A stretch of DNA of 64,000 nt, from positions 1-64,000 of IMG/VR virus record IMGVR_UViG_3300042327_000544. One strand, 5' to 3'. Positions 56,624 through 64,000 of this stretch are shown piece after piece (position 1 is the first letter of the stretch; every line of letters starts with the position of its first letter). This DNA is from a virus. The notes under the pieces are model-generated. The model was not told the origin of the DNA, did no database searches, and was given only the letters and a program-made list of their open reading frames with translations. The position numbers were made by a program, and so were the translations under genes.

Positions 56624-58504
56624 TTAAACCCCAGCCCAAATCAGCGTTTCCGCATCAAAGGTTGGGAATATTTTTATCCATTGTCCTGCTGCTGCTACAT
56701 ATAAAGAAGCCTCTGAAGATATGTATGCTATCATTCCGCCGTGCAAAGATGCTGCTGGAAGGCTAGCAAAATTTGTTATTTGTGCAGCATTATTTTTAAA
56801 CAAATCAGAGTAAGTTATTTCTCCTTCTTCTGTTGTTAAGTCTAGCCAAAATTCTGTTTGTGCTGGATTAGGTGGAGTTGTTGAAGACAAAATTGATTGA
56901 CCGCTTGTATCGTCAAGATCTACCCAAAAATCCCCTTCAATTGCAGTATACGTAGGTGGCTCTTCATCTGAATAAATTAAAGGAAGTTCTGGCTCATCTG
57001 TATCGATCCACAGGGTGTCCATTCCATAAGTTCCTTCGGCTGGAGGATTTGGTCCAGCAAATACAAATTCGGTAGAGCCTGCATCATCGTCAACATCTAT
57101 CCAAAGATCTCCTGTTGATGTTGCACCTGCTGGTGGTGATATTAAACCAACAAAGAATGTGCTTGGGGGCAAAGATGTATCTGTTGGAATTAACTCTAGC
57201 CCGCCTCCGCCTCCGCCCGAGCCTTGAATATCTTGCCAAAGTAGTCCGTCCCAGACCTTTAGTTTGTCTAGTGGCTTATTGTAATAGATTTGTCCGTGTA
57301 CTGGAGTTAGTGGAGCGGCATCAAGTCCAATAATAATTCCGTTATTAAAAGTATTTTTAGATGTCCATGTGTTTGTTGTAGATAAAGATAAATTTGTTGT
57401 TACATTTTCCCAAGCAGCATTTAAAGCATTCCATACCTTTAGGGCACCTATTGTTCCGCTTCTTGCTTCATCTGTATCAAACCAGAACTGACCATCTATT
57501 GGAGAAGCGGGTGCATTAGAAGACATCTTTGCAGTAGAAGGAGGAATATAGGCCTCTAGAATCATTTTATTAGATTCGTCATCATAGGTTACAGAAATAT
57601 TAGGATTTGTTCCATGAGTAAACAATGGTCCGATTGCATCTTGAACCTGTTCTTGGGTTAATTGAGCTACTGCTACAAAGTTAATCTTTCCTGTAACATC
57701 ATCATATGTTGCCGTTAAATTTGTATGGTTTCCTGATGTTATAAGGCCTGCTGCTACATCTTGGATCTTTTCGTCTATATCTAACTGAGATAGGGGAACT
57801 TTTCCGCTTCCGTCAAGTTGTGCAATTCCATCTGCTTGACCTACTTCAGATACAGGAACATATTTAGTGTCGCTTGTATTCCCTAGAGCAGATATCGCTG
57901 CATCTGTATAAGACTTAGATGATGCTAGAGCTGTTGCAATAGCAGTTGTTATGGTTGTTGAAAAATTAGGGTCGTCATTTATTGCTGCCGCTATTTCATT
58001 TAGGGTATCTAATAGTGCTGGAGAGGTATCAACTAAATTTGAAATTGCTTGATTTACGTATGCTTGGCTTGCTATTGTATTTGTATTTACAGATAAGGTT
58101 ATTGTTTTTGCTACGCTATCGTAGACCTTGTCTATTCCGCTTGTAGCAACAATTGCCGTTGCAATTGCAGATATTGCCTCTTCGTTATCGTATGTAGCTG
58201 TTAAGTTTATTTTTCTGGCTACGTCGTCATAAGCAACGGTTATATTTGTATGTGTTCCAGTAGTTAGTAGGTCTCCAACTAGGTCCTCTACTTCTTCAGT
58301 ATCAAGAATGTTGGTTTCTAGGGTTCGAACTTTAAAGTCTAAGGAGTTGGGGTTTGTATCGTTGGTTTTTCCAACTTTTGTCTCGAGGGCCTCAATAGCA
58401 TCATTTGCGTCTGCATGCTGTTTAGCATGTGGGACAGCTAAAACCGAGTCAGTCGGCTGTGGGTTAACTAGAACGTCTAGGTCTGCTGGAAAATTTGTTG
58501 CCAT
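56624..58504 (-). CDS. Tail fibre protein
   Basis: NDAIEALE, LDTLNEIAAAINDDPNF, AQLDGSGKVP, repeated YDD..K and P....GD.W.D.D motifs. Confidence 0.75.
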   Translation of the reverse strand: MATNFPADLDVLVNPQPTDSVLAVPHAKQHADANDAIEALETKVGKTNDTNPNSLDFKVRTLETNILDTEEVEDLVGDLLTTGTHTNITVAYDDVARKINLTATYDNEEAISAIATAIVATSGIDKVYDSVAKTITLSVNTNTIASQAYVNQAISNLVDTSPALLDTLNEIAAAINDDPNFSTTITTAIATALASSKSYTDAAISALGNTSDTKYVPVSEVGQADGIAQLDGSGKVPLSQLDIDEKIQDVAAGLITSGNHTNLTATYDDVTGKINFVAVAQLTQEQVQDAIGPLFTHGTNPNISVTYDDESNKMILEAYIPPSTAKMSSNAPASPIDGQFWFDTDEARSGTIGALKVWNALNAAWENVTTNLSLSTTNTWTSKNTFNNGIIIGLDAAPLTPVHGQIYYNKPLDKLKVWDGLLWQDIQGSGGGGGGLELIPTDTSLPPSTFFVGLISPPAGATSTGDLWIDVDDDAGSTEFVFAGPNPPAEGTYGMDTLWIDTDEPELPLIYSDEEPPTYTAIEGDFWVDLDDTSGQSILSSTTPPNPAQTEFWLDLTTEEGEITYSDLFKNNAAQITNFASLPAASLHGGMIAYISSEASLYVAAAGQWIKIFPTFDAETLIWAGV

Positions 58505-58524
58505 ATGGTTGCACCTCTTTCCTT

Positions 58525-58533
58525 ATTATACCC
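58525..58533 (-). promoter_or_regulatory. -10 box after oxygenase cassette
   Basis: GGGTATAAT then AGAGG RBS. Confidence 0.5.
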
Positions 58534-58552
58534 TAAATGCTTTTTTACCTAT

Positions 58553-59203
58553 CTATAGAACTTTAGAGACTTGCCCCTGGTATCTGCCATGCTCTTTATG
58601 GTTTCTGTCGTTATATGAAAACATTGTTACCGCAGCATACTTTATACCAGACTTTACTGGAAGAGCGGCGTGTGCAAAAAGATAGCTAGACGGAAACAGC
58701 ACAATGTCTCCGTATTGAGGAACATAGGTATAATCAAGGTGAGGGAAGTATAATTCTCCGCCCTCATAGTCGCTATTTAAATACATAACAGTAGATACGT
58801 CGCATGAATAGCTTGGACCGCTGTCTGGGTGTGTTTTAAAATGCTGACCTTCTCCATAACGAACAAAGTTTATTGCTTCCATATAGTGTAATGCATTTGT
58901 ATTGTAGGCCTGCATATAATCCCTTAAACACTCTTGAAGATTTTCTGTTATTTGATCATGAACCGATATTATTTCGTCAGACAGTTCATTTCCTGGCCTT
59001 AAAGATTCCCTTTTAATTTTAAAATCGACACAATCTCTGTAATCTAATTTTTGTACGTGGTCTCCAACTGTAGCAACCGACCATTTAAACATTGAGCTTT
59101 TACCTGAACTCAAGACCTTTTCTAGCCTTGCTGGAATGTTCATTGCTTCTGGCAAAGCGTTTCTGTATATCTTTATTCCAATTGCGGGTGTGTCGATTAT
59201 CAT
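58553..59203 (-). CDS. 2OG-Fe(II) oxygenase, prolyl-4-hydroxylase-like
   Basis: Y..GQHF..HPD, YLNSDYEGGEL.F, FPS...H...PVKSG.KY. Confidence 0.9.
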   Translation of the reverse strand: MIIDTPAIGIKIYRNALPEAMNIPARLEKVLSSGKSSMFKWSVATVGDHVQKLDYRDCVDFKIKRESLRPGNELSDEIISVHDQITENLQECLRDYMQAYNTNALHYMEAINFVRYGEGQHFKTHPDSGPSYSCDVSTVMYLNSDYEGGELYFPHLDYTYVPQYGDIVLFPSSYLFAHAALPVKSGIKYAAVTMFSYNDRNHKEHGRYQGQVSKVL

Positions 59204-59219
59204 AATTTCTCCTTTTATT

Positions 59220-59810
59220 TTAGACTAAGGGTATCCACTTTTGTGAATACTGATTTTTTATTTCTGATAGCGGGCTTACGTAAAACACTATAGATTTAAA
59301 TTTATTAGAATAAACAATTTTATTGCCCGCCTCTGAAATAATAATTTCTCCAGGCTCTATCTCAAATTCTTCTTCATTAATTAATAATTTTGTTTTTTCT
59401 GAGTCTAGGGAAATTATTCCAAACATTGAAGGTCTTGATGTCCCACCAGCATCATACCATAAAGAAGGATCCTGGTCTTCAATTAATGAAGAGTAAATAA
59501 AATATTTATTTTTTAAGTAGCTAAGCTGATACTTTTCACATGCATTTTTTACTAATAGATATACTTTTTGAAAAAGAAAATACATTTGTTCGTCATGCAT
59601 AAAAAATGGATTGTAATTATTTTTATCGTATACTTTAACATCTTTTCCATTAGAATGTGGAAAATCATAGATTTTTTCAGACTTATCTAATTCATTTATT
59701 ATTTTTTCATATAGGCCTAGTGTGTCAAACTTATCTTTAACTGAAATTGTTTTTCTTTTTTCTCTGTATATAACGTTTTCGTTTTTATTTTGACTTTCTA
59801 TATTAATCAT
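59220..59810 (-). CDS. Degenerate DSBH/2OG-oxygenase-like protein
   Basis: YNPF, WYDAGG, EIEPGEIII pattern; Fe-binding His not evident. Confidence 0.4.
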   Translation of the reverse strand: MINIESQNKNENVIYREKRKTISVKDKFDTLGLYEKIINELDKSEKIYDFPHSNGKDVKVYDKNNYNPFFMHDEQMYFLFQKVYLLVKNACEKYQLSYLKNKYFIYSSLIEDQDPSLWYDAGGTSRPSMFGIISLDSEKTKLLINEEEFEIEPGEIIISEAGNKIVYSNKFKSIVFYVSPLSEIKNQYSQKWIPLV

Positions 59811-60333
59811 TTTTAACCTCTACGTAAGAAACTCCAACAATCATTTCTCCAGAGGAAACTTCAGAAATCTTATATTTGTATTCTTCTGAAGATGGAAAAA
59901 TTATTAAATTACCTTTTGATAGGGGTATAGAAATATCTTTGTTTAAGAATGTAAGACTAGATCCAGTGTGGTTGCTATTTACCACATAAATAATTGATAT
60001 AGTATCTATTAGTCCTGGGTTTAAAAACTCTTGTAGGTATGATGTTTCTGGAATTATTTTTAAAAAAACATTCTCTATTGGATAAACAAATTCAAGGGAC
60101 CTATCATGAAGATAAGAATTTATTTCAGAAATATAGCTAATATATAACCTTCTATTTTCTAAATTTAAATTTTTAAAGTTTGTTGTCTTAATGACACCCT
60201 CTTTAAAACCATTGACTCTTTCTATCCATGCAATCTCTTCAAAGTTTGAAAGCATAACTTGAAGATCTGTGTCTCTTATGTATGAAAAACTGTATACACT
60301 TATATCCTGCTCTGAAAATATTTTATTAACCAT
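59803..60333 (-). CDS. Degenerate 2OG-Fe(II) oxygenase-like protein
   Basis: ISIIYVVN..TGSSLTF..KGNLIIFPS..YKYKISEVSSG; lacks HxD and distal H; start MVNKIF after GGAGG. Confidence 0.6.
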   Translation of the reverse strand: MVNKIFSEQDISVYSFSYIRDTDLQVMLSNFEEIAWIERVNGFKEGVIKTTNFKNLNLENRRLYISYISEINSYLHDRSLEFVYPIENVFLKIIPETSYLQEFLNPGLIDTISIIYVVNSNHTGSSLTFLNKDISIPLSKGNLIIFPSSEEYKYKISEVSSGEMIVGVSYVEVKND

Positions 60334-60871
60334 TGCTTCCTCCTGGTCTGTGACCATGCCAGACATCTGGATAAGCTGGATCTCTGGGTGGATCAATATC
60401 AAACACTGATATTGATGATCTTTGTTCTAATGGAACATCTTTTATTGCTTCTTGCCACATATCTTTAACTAATTTAGTAGCCTTTTCAGTTTTTTCGCTT
60501 CTATCTAGAGGGACATCTAGAATTACATTTAAGTAGTCACTAAATATTGCTCTAGCAACTAATCCAGAAATTCCCAGTAGGCCCATTTTCCTATACTTTG
60601 GATTCACATAAACTCTTTCGTTTCTTCCATTCTTATTTACAGTGCAATATAGATCGGGATAAATTGTAGGTAAATAGTCTGAAACAATAACAGTATTTTC
60701 TGGGTGTATGTCATTAAAATAAATTGCGCTTACGTATTTTATAGATGAATGATTTAATTTTGTAACATGTATCCAAGAGCCTTTTAATTCATTAGGCATT
60801 GCAGAAAATACGGGCACAAGGCTTTCTCCGACCCTTTTCATATCTATAATGTTATATTGCGCTTGAGTCAT
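60326..60871 (-). CDS. Putative GNAT acetyltransferase
   Basis: ERVYVNPKYRKMGL resembles GNAT motif A. Confidence 0.55.
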   Translation of the reverse strand: MTQAQYNIIDMKRVGESLVPVFSAMPNELKGSWIHVTKLNHSSIKYVSAIYFNDIHPENTVIVSDYLPTIYPDLYCTVNKNGRNERVYVNPKYRKMGLLGISGLVARAIFSDYLNVILDVPLDRSEKTEKATKLVKDMWQEAIKDVPLEQRSSISVFDIDPPRDPAYPDVWHGHRPGGSNG

Positions 60872-62036
60872 GAGTTAGCATCCTTTCTGTAAAGAACATG
60901 TCGTATGGTTCACAGTTTATAGAAATAATATCGTGGGGGGCTTGAACTATTTCGTAAAGATAAATTGATTCCCAGCTGCTGGTGTCGTATGAATAAACTA
61001 GGTCAGTTTCTTTAACTATATTTACGGAAGTTTCAAATTTAGCAACCCCGTCTCTTTTAATTAAAACATAGTGGTACTGGGAAAATATGTCCTCGTTAAT
61101 TACAACCGCATATGCAGATTGAGTTTTATATAAAGCTACAATATTTGTAATTTCTGGAATAATATTGGGGTCGTTATCTGACCAAGCAATGGCTTGAGCC
61201 GTTACACCTTCTTCACTTTCATAAGGGAACCCTTCAATATTTGCAGACAAGAGTGTATCTCCTACTTGCAAATCTCCTGCTTTAACAAGACCGTCAGTAG
61301 TTCTAACTAAGGTTGTAATGCCCACACTTTTGCCACCAAAACTAAATAGTGCGCTGAGGTCAAGGTTAGTAAGATCTCCAGAGCCTCCAAAAAGTGGTGT
61401 GTCAAATGCTGGTGGTTCGTTAAATGCTGGTGGTTCGTTAAAGCCTGGGTTAAAGCCTGGGTTGAATCCTGGGTTGCCGAATCCTGGGTTAGGATTATAG
61501 GAAACGGTAAATTCAGGCAACAATGGAACTCTTCCATTATAAACTTGAATATTTCTAGACCCTTCTCCACTTAATAAAAATGAAACTGCAATACTGCTCC
61601 AAGACCAGCTTTGGTAAGGAATGTTTGTTCCATTTACTGCAATATTTGTGGGCTCAGTTGGAAAAGATCCGCTGATAATAACTGTTGTTCCGTTCCAGGT
61701 ATATGAGCTAATAGAAGATGTTTGTGGTGGATCTGGTGGGGGAGCAAACCCTGGATTAAATCCTGGATTAAAATTGGGTGGAGCTACATAACCATAATAT
61801 GTAAACCCTATGGTATCTCCAATTTTTACTACCGAGCCAGAAGCAACTGATTGTTCTTTTATATTTAGATCAAGATTTATATTTGCTGTAGACTCTGCTG
61901 TTTCTTGCCAAGTAAGCCCTCTTGATTCCAGTTCTTGTTTTGCCTGAGCTCTTGTTAGCCCACTAAGACTGGGCACATTAACCTTTCTTATTCCAATTTT
62001 ACTTAGTAGACCAATTTTACGAAATCTTCTGGCCAT
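60852..62036 (-). CDS. PASTA + IPT/Ig-like + NPGF repeats + C-terminal Hint domain protein
   Basis: VPSLSGLTRAQAKQELESRGL..EQSVASGSVV (PASTA); K|SVGITTLVRTTDGLVKAGDLQVGD, SQYH, IISINCEPYDMFFTERMLTHD (Hint blocks). Confidence 0.8.
   Translation of the reverse strand: MARRFRKIGLLSKIGIRKVNVPSLSGLTRAQAKQELESRGLTWQETAESTANINLDLNIKEQSVASGSVVKIGDTIGFTYYGYVAPPNFNPGFNPGFAPPPDPPQTSSISSYTWNGTTVIISGSFPTEPTNIAVNGTNIPYQSWSWSSIAVSFLLSGEGSRNIQVYNGRVPLLPEFTVSYNPNPGFGNPGFNPGFNPGFNEPPAFNEPPAFDTPLFGGSGDLTNLDLSALFSFGGKSVGITTLVRTTDGLVKAGDLQVGDTLLSANIEGFPYESEEGVTAQAIAWSDNDPNIIPEITNIVALYKTQSAYAVVINEDIFSQYHYVLIKRDGVAKFETSVNIVKETDLVYSYDTSSWESIYLYEIVQAPHDIISINCEPYDMFFTERMLTHDSSAI
61404..61496 (-). repeat. Tandem 12/18-bp coding repeats (NPGF)n-(NEPPAF)2
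   Basis: Seen directly; second NPGF cluster near 61745-61775. Confidence 0.9.
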
Positions 62037-63383
62037 TTAAACGCTCAAATCGCCAAGTATAACCCAAGAATTAAGTGCTCGTTTAATAAGTGTAGCGCTG
62101 CTCCACTGTGCACGTAATTTTAATCCAGGAGTGGAATTTGGTGTAAATCCATCTCCTGCTATAGTAACCTGAGAGGTTCCTGTTTGTAATATATCTACAG
62201 AATATCCGACTGGGAACAAAACAGAGTCTGCTATTGTTACAGTTCCGCCTGCAGACATTTCAATAAGTCTTCCAGAATCTATTGGCGCAATAGTATAACT
62301 TGCGGATTTAGAGTTTATTGTTATTGCATCTTCAGATCTAACAGAAATTGATCCTGCCATTGATGAGTGGAATTGGCAGGCATAGTAAAGGTTATCTGGT
62401 GCACTTTGAGGAAGCTCTACTAGTATATGACCTGATTGTGCTCCTCCATTTGTTACTCCAGTTGAATATACATTTTCTAAGCTATAAGCACCTGATACTG
62501 TTTGAATCCAAAAAGGGTGTCCTGCGGCATTAACATGAATTCGATATTTTTTACCTTTTTCAAATGTAATAAGCCCATTAGATACTCCATTCACCAAATA
62601 GGATCCAGAACCAGAGTTGGTGACATAGTAATCAACAGAAGGTTCTGATATCGATAAATATGTCTCTGCTGCTGTGGATGAATTTAATTTATTCCCTAAA
62701 GCTGTTGTAATTGTTGCAGCATAATTTGCATCATCACCAAGTGCTGCCGCAAGCTCATCCAGGGTGTTTAGTGCTGCTGGTGCACCTGTAAGTAAGGCAT
62801 TTACCTGTGCTGTTGCATCTGCAATAGCTTCTGATTTGGCTGTAGCAATAGCTGTATTTCTATTTGTTACTTCTGTAGCAATAGCTGTATTTCTATTTGT
62901 TGCTTCAGTAGAAATTGCAGAAGTAATTTCTGTGTCTCTTGCAATTGTTGCTGGGATTTGAGAGTCTGGAACAAAACCATTTAAATCAAGTTCTGCAACT
63001 CCCTCTGGGTTTCCCAATAAACTTACTGGAATATACCCGACAGATACTGTATCATCTAATGCAGCAATTGCTGCATCAACATATAATTTGCTTGCAATAG
63101 TGCTGTCAACTGCAAGAGTGATTGTATTTGCAACATCGTTATAGGTTTTGGATACACCTGTTCCAGCAACTAATGCTGAGTCTATTGCATCTTGAGCAAG
63201 CTCTGTAATTTCACTTGGTATAACGCTTAAAAATGGAAGTACTGGCCATAAACTTGTTCCATTTCCAGCTTTTATTTTATTTAGCGTTGTATCTAGACCT
63301 AGTTCTCCAGCTGCTAAAGGTCTTGTGGAAGAAGACCATTGAGATGAAGTACCTCTTCTAATTTTTATCGTTACTGATGGCAT
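62037..63383 (-). CDS. Tail fibre with Mtd/hyaluronidase-like N-terminus and cupredoxin-like insert
   Basis: IKIRRGT..W...LAAGELGLDT..KIKAGNG; LNTLDELAAALGDD; GHPF...YYACQFHSSM; WVILGDL end. Confidence 0.8.
   Translation of the reverse strand: MPSVTIKIRRGTSSQWSSSTRPLAAGELGLDTTLNKIKAGNGTSLWPVLPFLSVIPSEITELAQDAIDSALVAGTGVSKTYNDVANTITLAVDSTIASKLYVDAAIAALDDTVSVGYIPVSLLGNPEGVAELDLNGFVPDSQIPATIARDTEITSAISTEATNRNTAIATEVTNRNTAIATAKSEAIADATAQVNALLTGAPAALNTLDELAAALGDDANYAATITTALGNKLNSSTAAETYLSISEPSVDYYVTNSGSGSYLVNGVSNGLITFEKGKKYRIHVNAAGHPFWIQTVSGAYSLENVYSTGVTNGGAQSGHILVELPQSAPDNLYYACQFHSSMAGSISVRSEDAITINSKSASYTIAPIDSGRLIEMSAGGTVTIADSVLFPVGYSVDILQTGTSQVTIAGDGFTPNSTPGLKLRAQWSSATLIKRALNSWVILGDLSV
62841..62906 (-). 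repeat. 33-bp tandem duplication (E[AV]TNRNTAIAT x2)
   Basis: Two near-identical copies, one mismatch. Confidence 0.9.
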
Positions 63384-63637
63384 TATGCAGCACCACCATC
63401 AACTATTCCTGGACTTGGAACTTCAACTGATTCTACAGAATAGACTGCTCCATCATATGTATGAATATGATCTAGAAGTCCAGTTATTACTCCTCCGCCA
63501 ACTGAGTGCCAAAGGGAGCCATCGTGAAATTTTAATTCTTCGTCTACCGTATTATAATAAACATCTCCCATGCGGGCTTGAGATGGATCTGTTGCTAGTG
63601 CTACTGCGTGTAAGGGAACTAATCTTTGAACTGACAT
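63383..63637 (-). CDS. Small fibre-associated protein
   Basis: GDVYYNT..LKFHDG..W, HIHTYDG, VDGG end. Confidence 0.65.
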   Translation of the reverse strand: MSVQRLVPLHAVALATDPSQARMGDVYYNTVDEELKFHDGSLWHSVGGGVITGLLDHIHTYDGAVYSVESVEVPSPGIVDGGAA

Positions 63638-63648
63638 TTAAAACTCCC

Positions 63649-64000
63649 TTATCCAGTAATTACGACTCTGTAGGCTCCACTTGCAGGCGCTGTTGCAAAT
63701 CTTAGTGTAATTGTGTTTGCTGATGTACGCTCTACATCTGTTTCAACTAAAGCTTTTAGCCCTGCTGTTTCAAAAACTTGAACAGTAACATCATCTGATC
63801 CTAAATTGTGTGTTATAACAAGCGCTGATAATTCTGAAGGGTTAGCAAGATTTTCTGCGTACTTTCTTGCAATTGCATGATAGTTTGTTCCATTATTTGT
63901 AAGTGTCCAGTTATCGCTTGTCTCATTCCATAGGATTTCAACATCTGCGCCATCGCCACGCTCTACACGAATACCAGCATCTGCTGTTGGTGTTCCAGTA
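63649..64000 (-). CDS. C-terminal part of a tail fibre-like protein (5' end outside window)
   Basis: AGIRVERG..WNE..W; THNLGSDDVTVQV..TITLRFATAP..YRVVITG*. Confidence 0.75.
   Translation of the reverse strand, partial: TGTPTADAGIRVERGDGADVEILWNETSDNWTLTNNGTNYHAIARKYAENLANPSELSALVITHNLGSDDVTVQVFETAGLKALVETDVERTSANTITLRFATAPASGAYRVVITG

Noticed and set aside
61404-62906. Short direct repeats as CRISPR or att sites
   Set aside because: In-frame coding repeats with no spacers and no cas or integrase genes
42139-63383. Diversity-generating retroelement (Mtd-like N-terminus, duplicated genes)
   Set aside because: No reverse transcriptase and no TR/VR pair with adenine-specific mismatches seen in the window
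1-64000. Alternative genetic code or stop-codon reassignment
   Set aside because: TAA, TAG and TGA all terminate full-length, tightly coupled genes under code 11
1-64000. tRNA, rRNA, lysin or holin genes
   Set aside because: Intergenic gaps are short with no cloverleaf or T-loop signature noticed; no lysin catalytic motifs recognised

Overview
64 kb slice of a large, AT-rich tailed phage genome with siphovirus-type architecture. Essentially every real gene is on the minus strand, and the plus-strand ORFs in the track are antisense shadows. In transcription order (64000 to 1) there is first a ~26 kb block of tail-fibre/appendage-type genes with two interspersed enzyme cassettes. Then come portal, prohead protease-scaffold, HK97-type major capsid, head-tail joining genes, major tail protein, tail chaperones with a -1 frameshift, a 2275-aa tape measure, and distal tail/baseplate/fibre genes. 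These are followed by a mucin-like poly-Thr fibre tip with two glycosyltransferases, and a replication block (metallophosphoesterase, DnaB helicase, primase, SSB, DnaE running off the edge). Leaderless-type promoters and a PASTA domain suggest a low-GC actinobacterial host (inference). The most notable pattern occurs three times: a putative fibre-tip protein is followed directly by a cassette of modifying enzymes, and each cassette is closed by a new promoter. The three cases are poly-Thr + GT60-like/DxD glycosyltransferases; Pro-rich NPGF-repeat PASTA-Hint protein + GNAT and 2OG-Fe(II) oxygenases; and propeller-like tip + U32 Fe-S enzyme-methyltransferase fusion and transporter. In the first two cases the enzyme chemistry matches the protein's low-complexity tract, suggesting modular phage-encoded post-translational decoration of virion fibres. 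All family assignments are by motif recognition only; no searches were run. No tRNA, rRNA, CRISPR, integrase, terminase or lysin was recognised.
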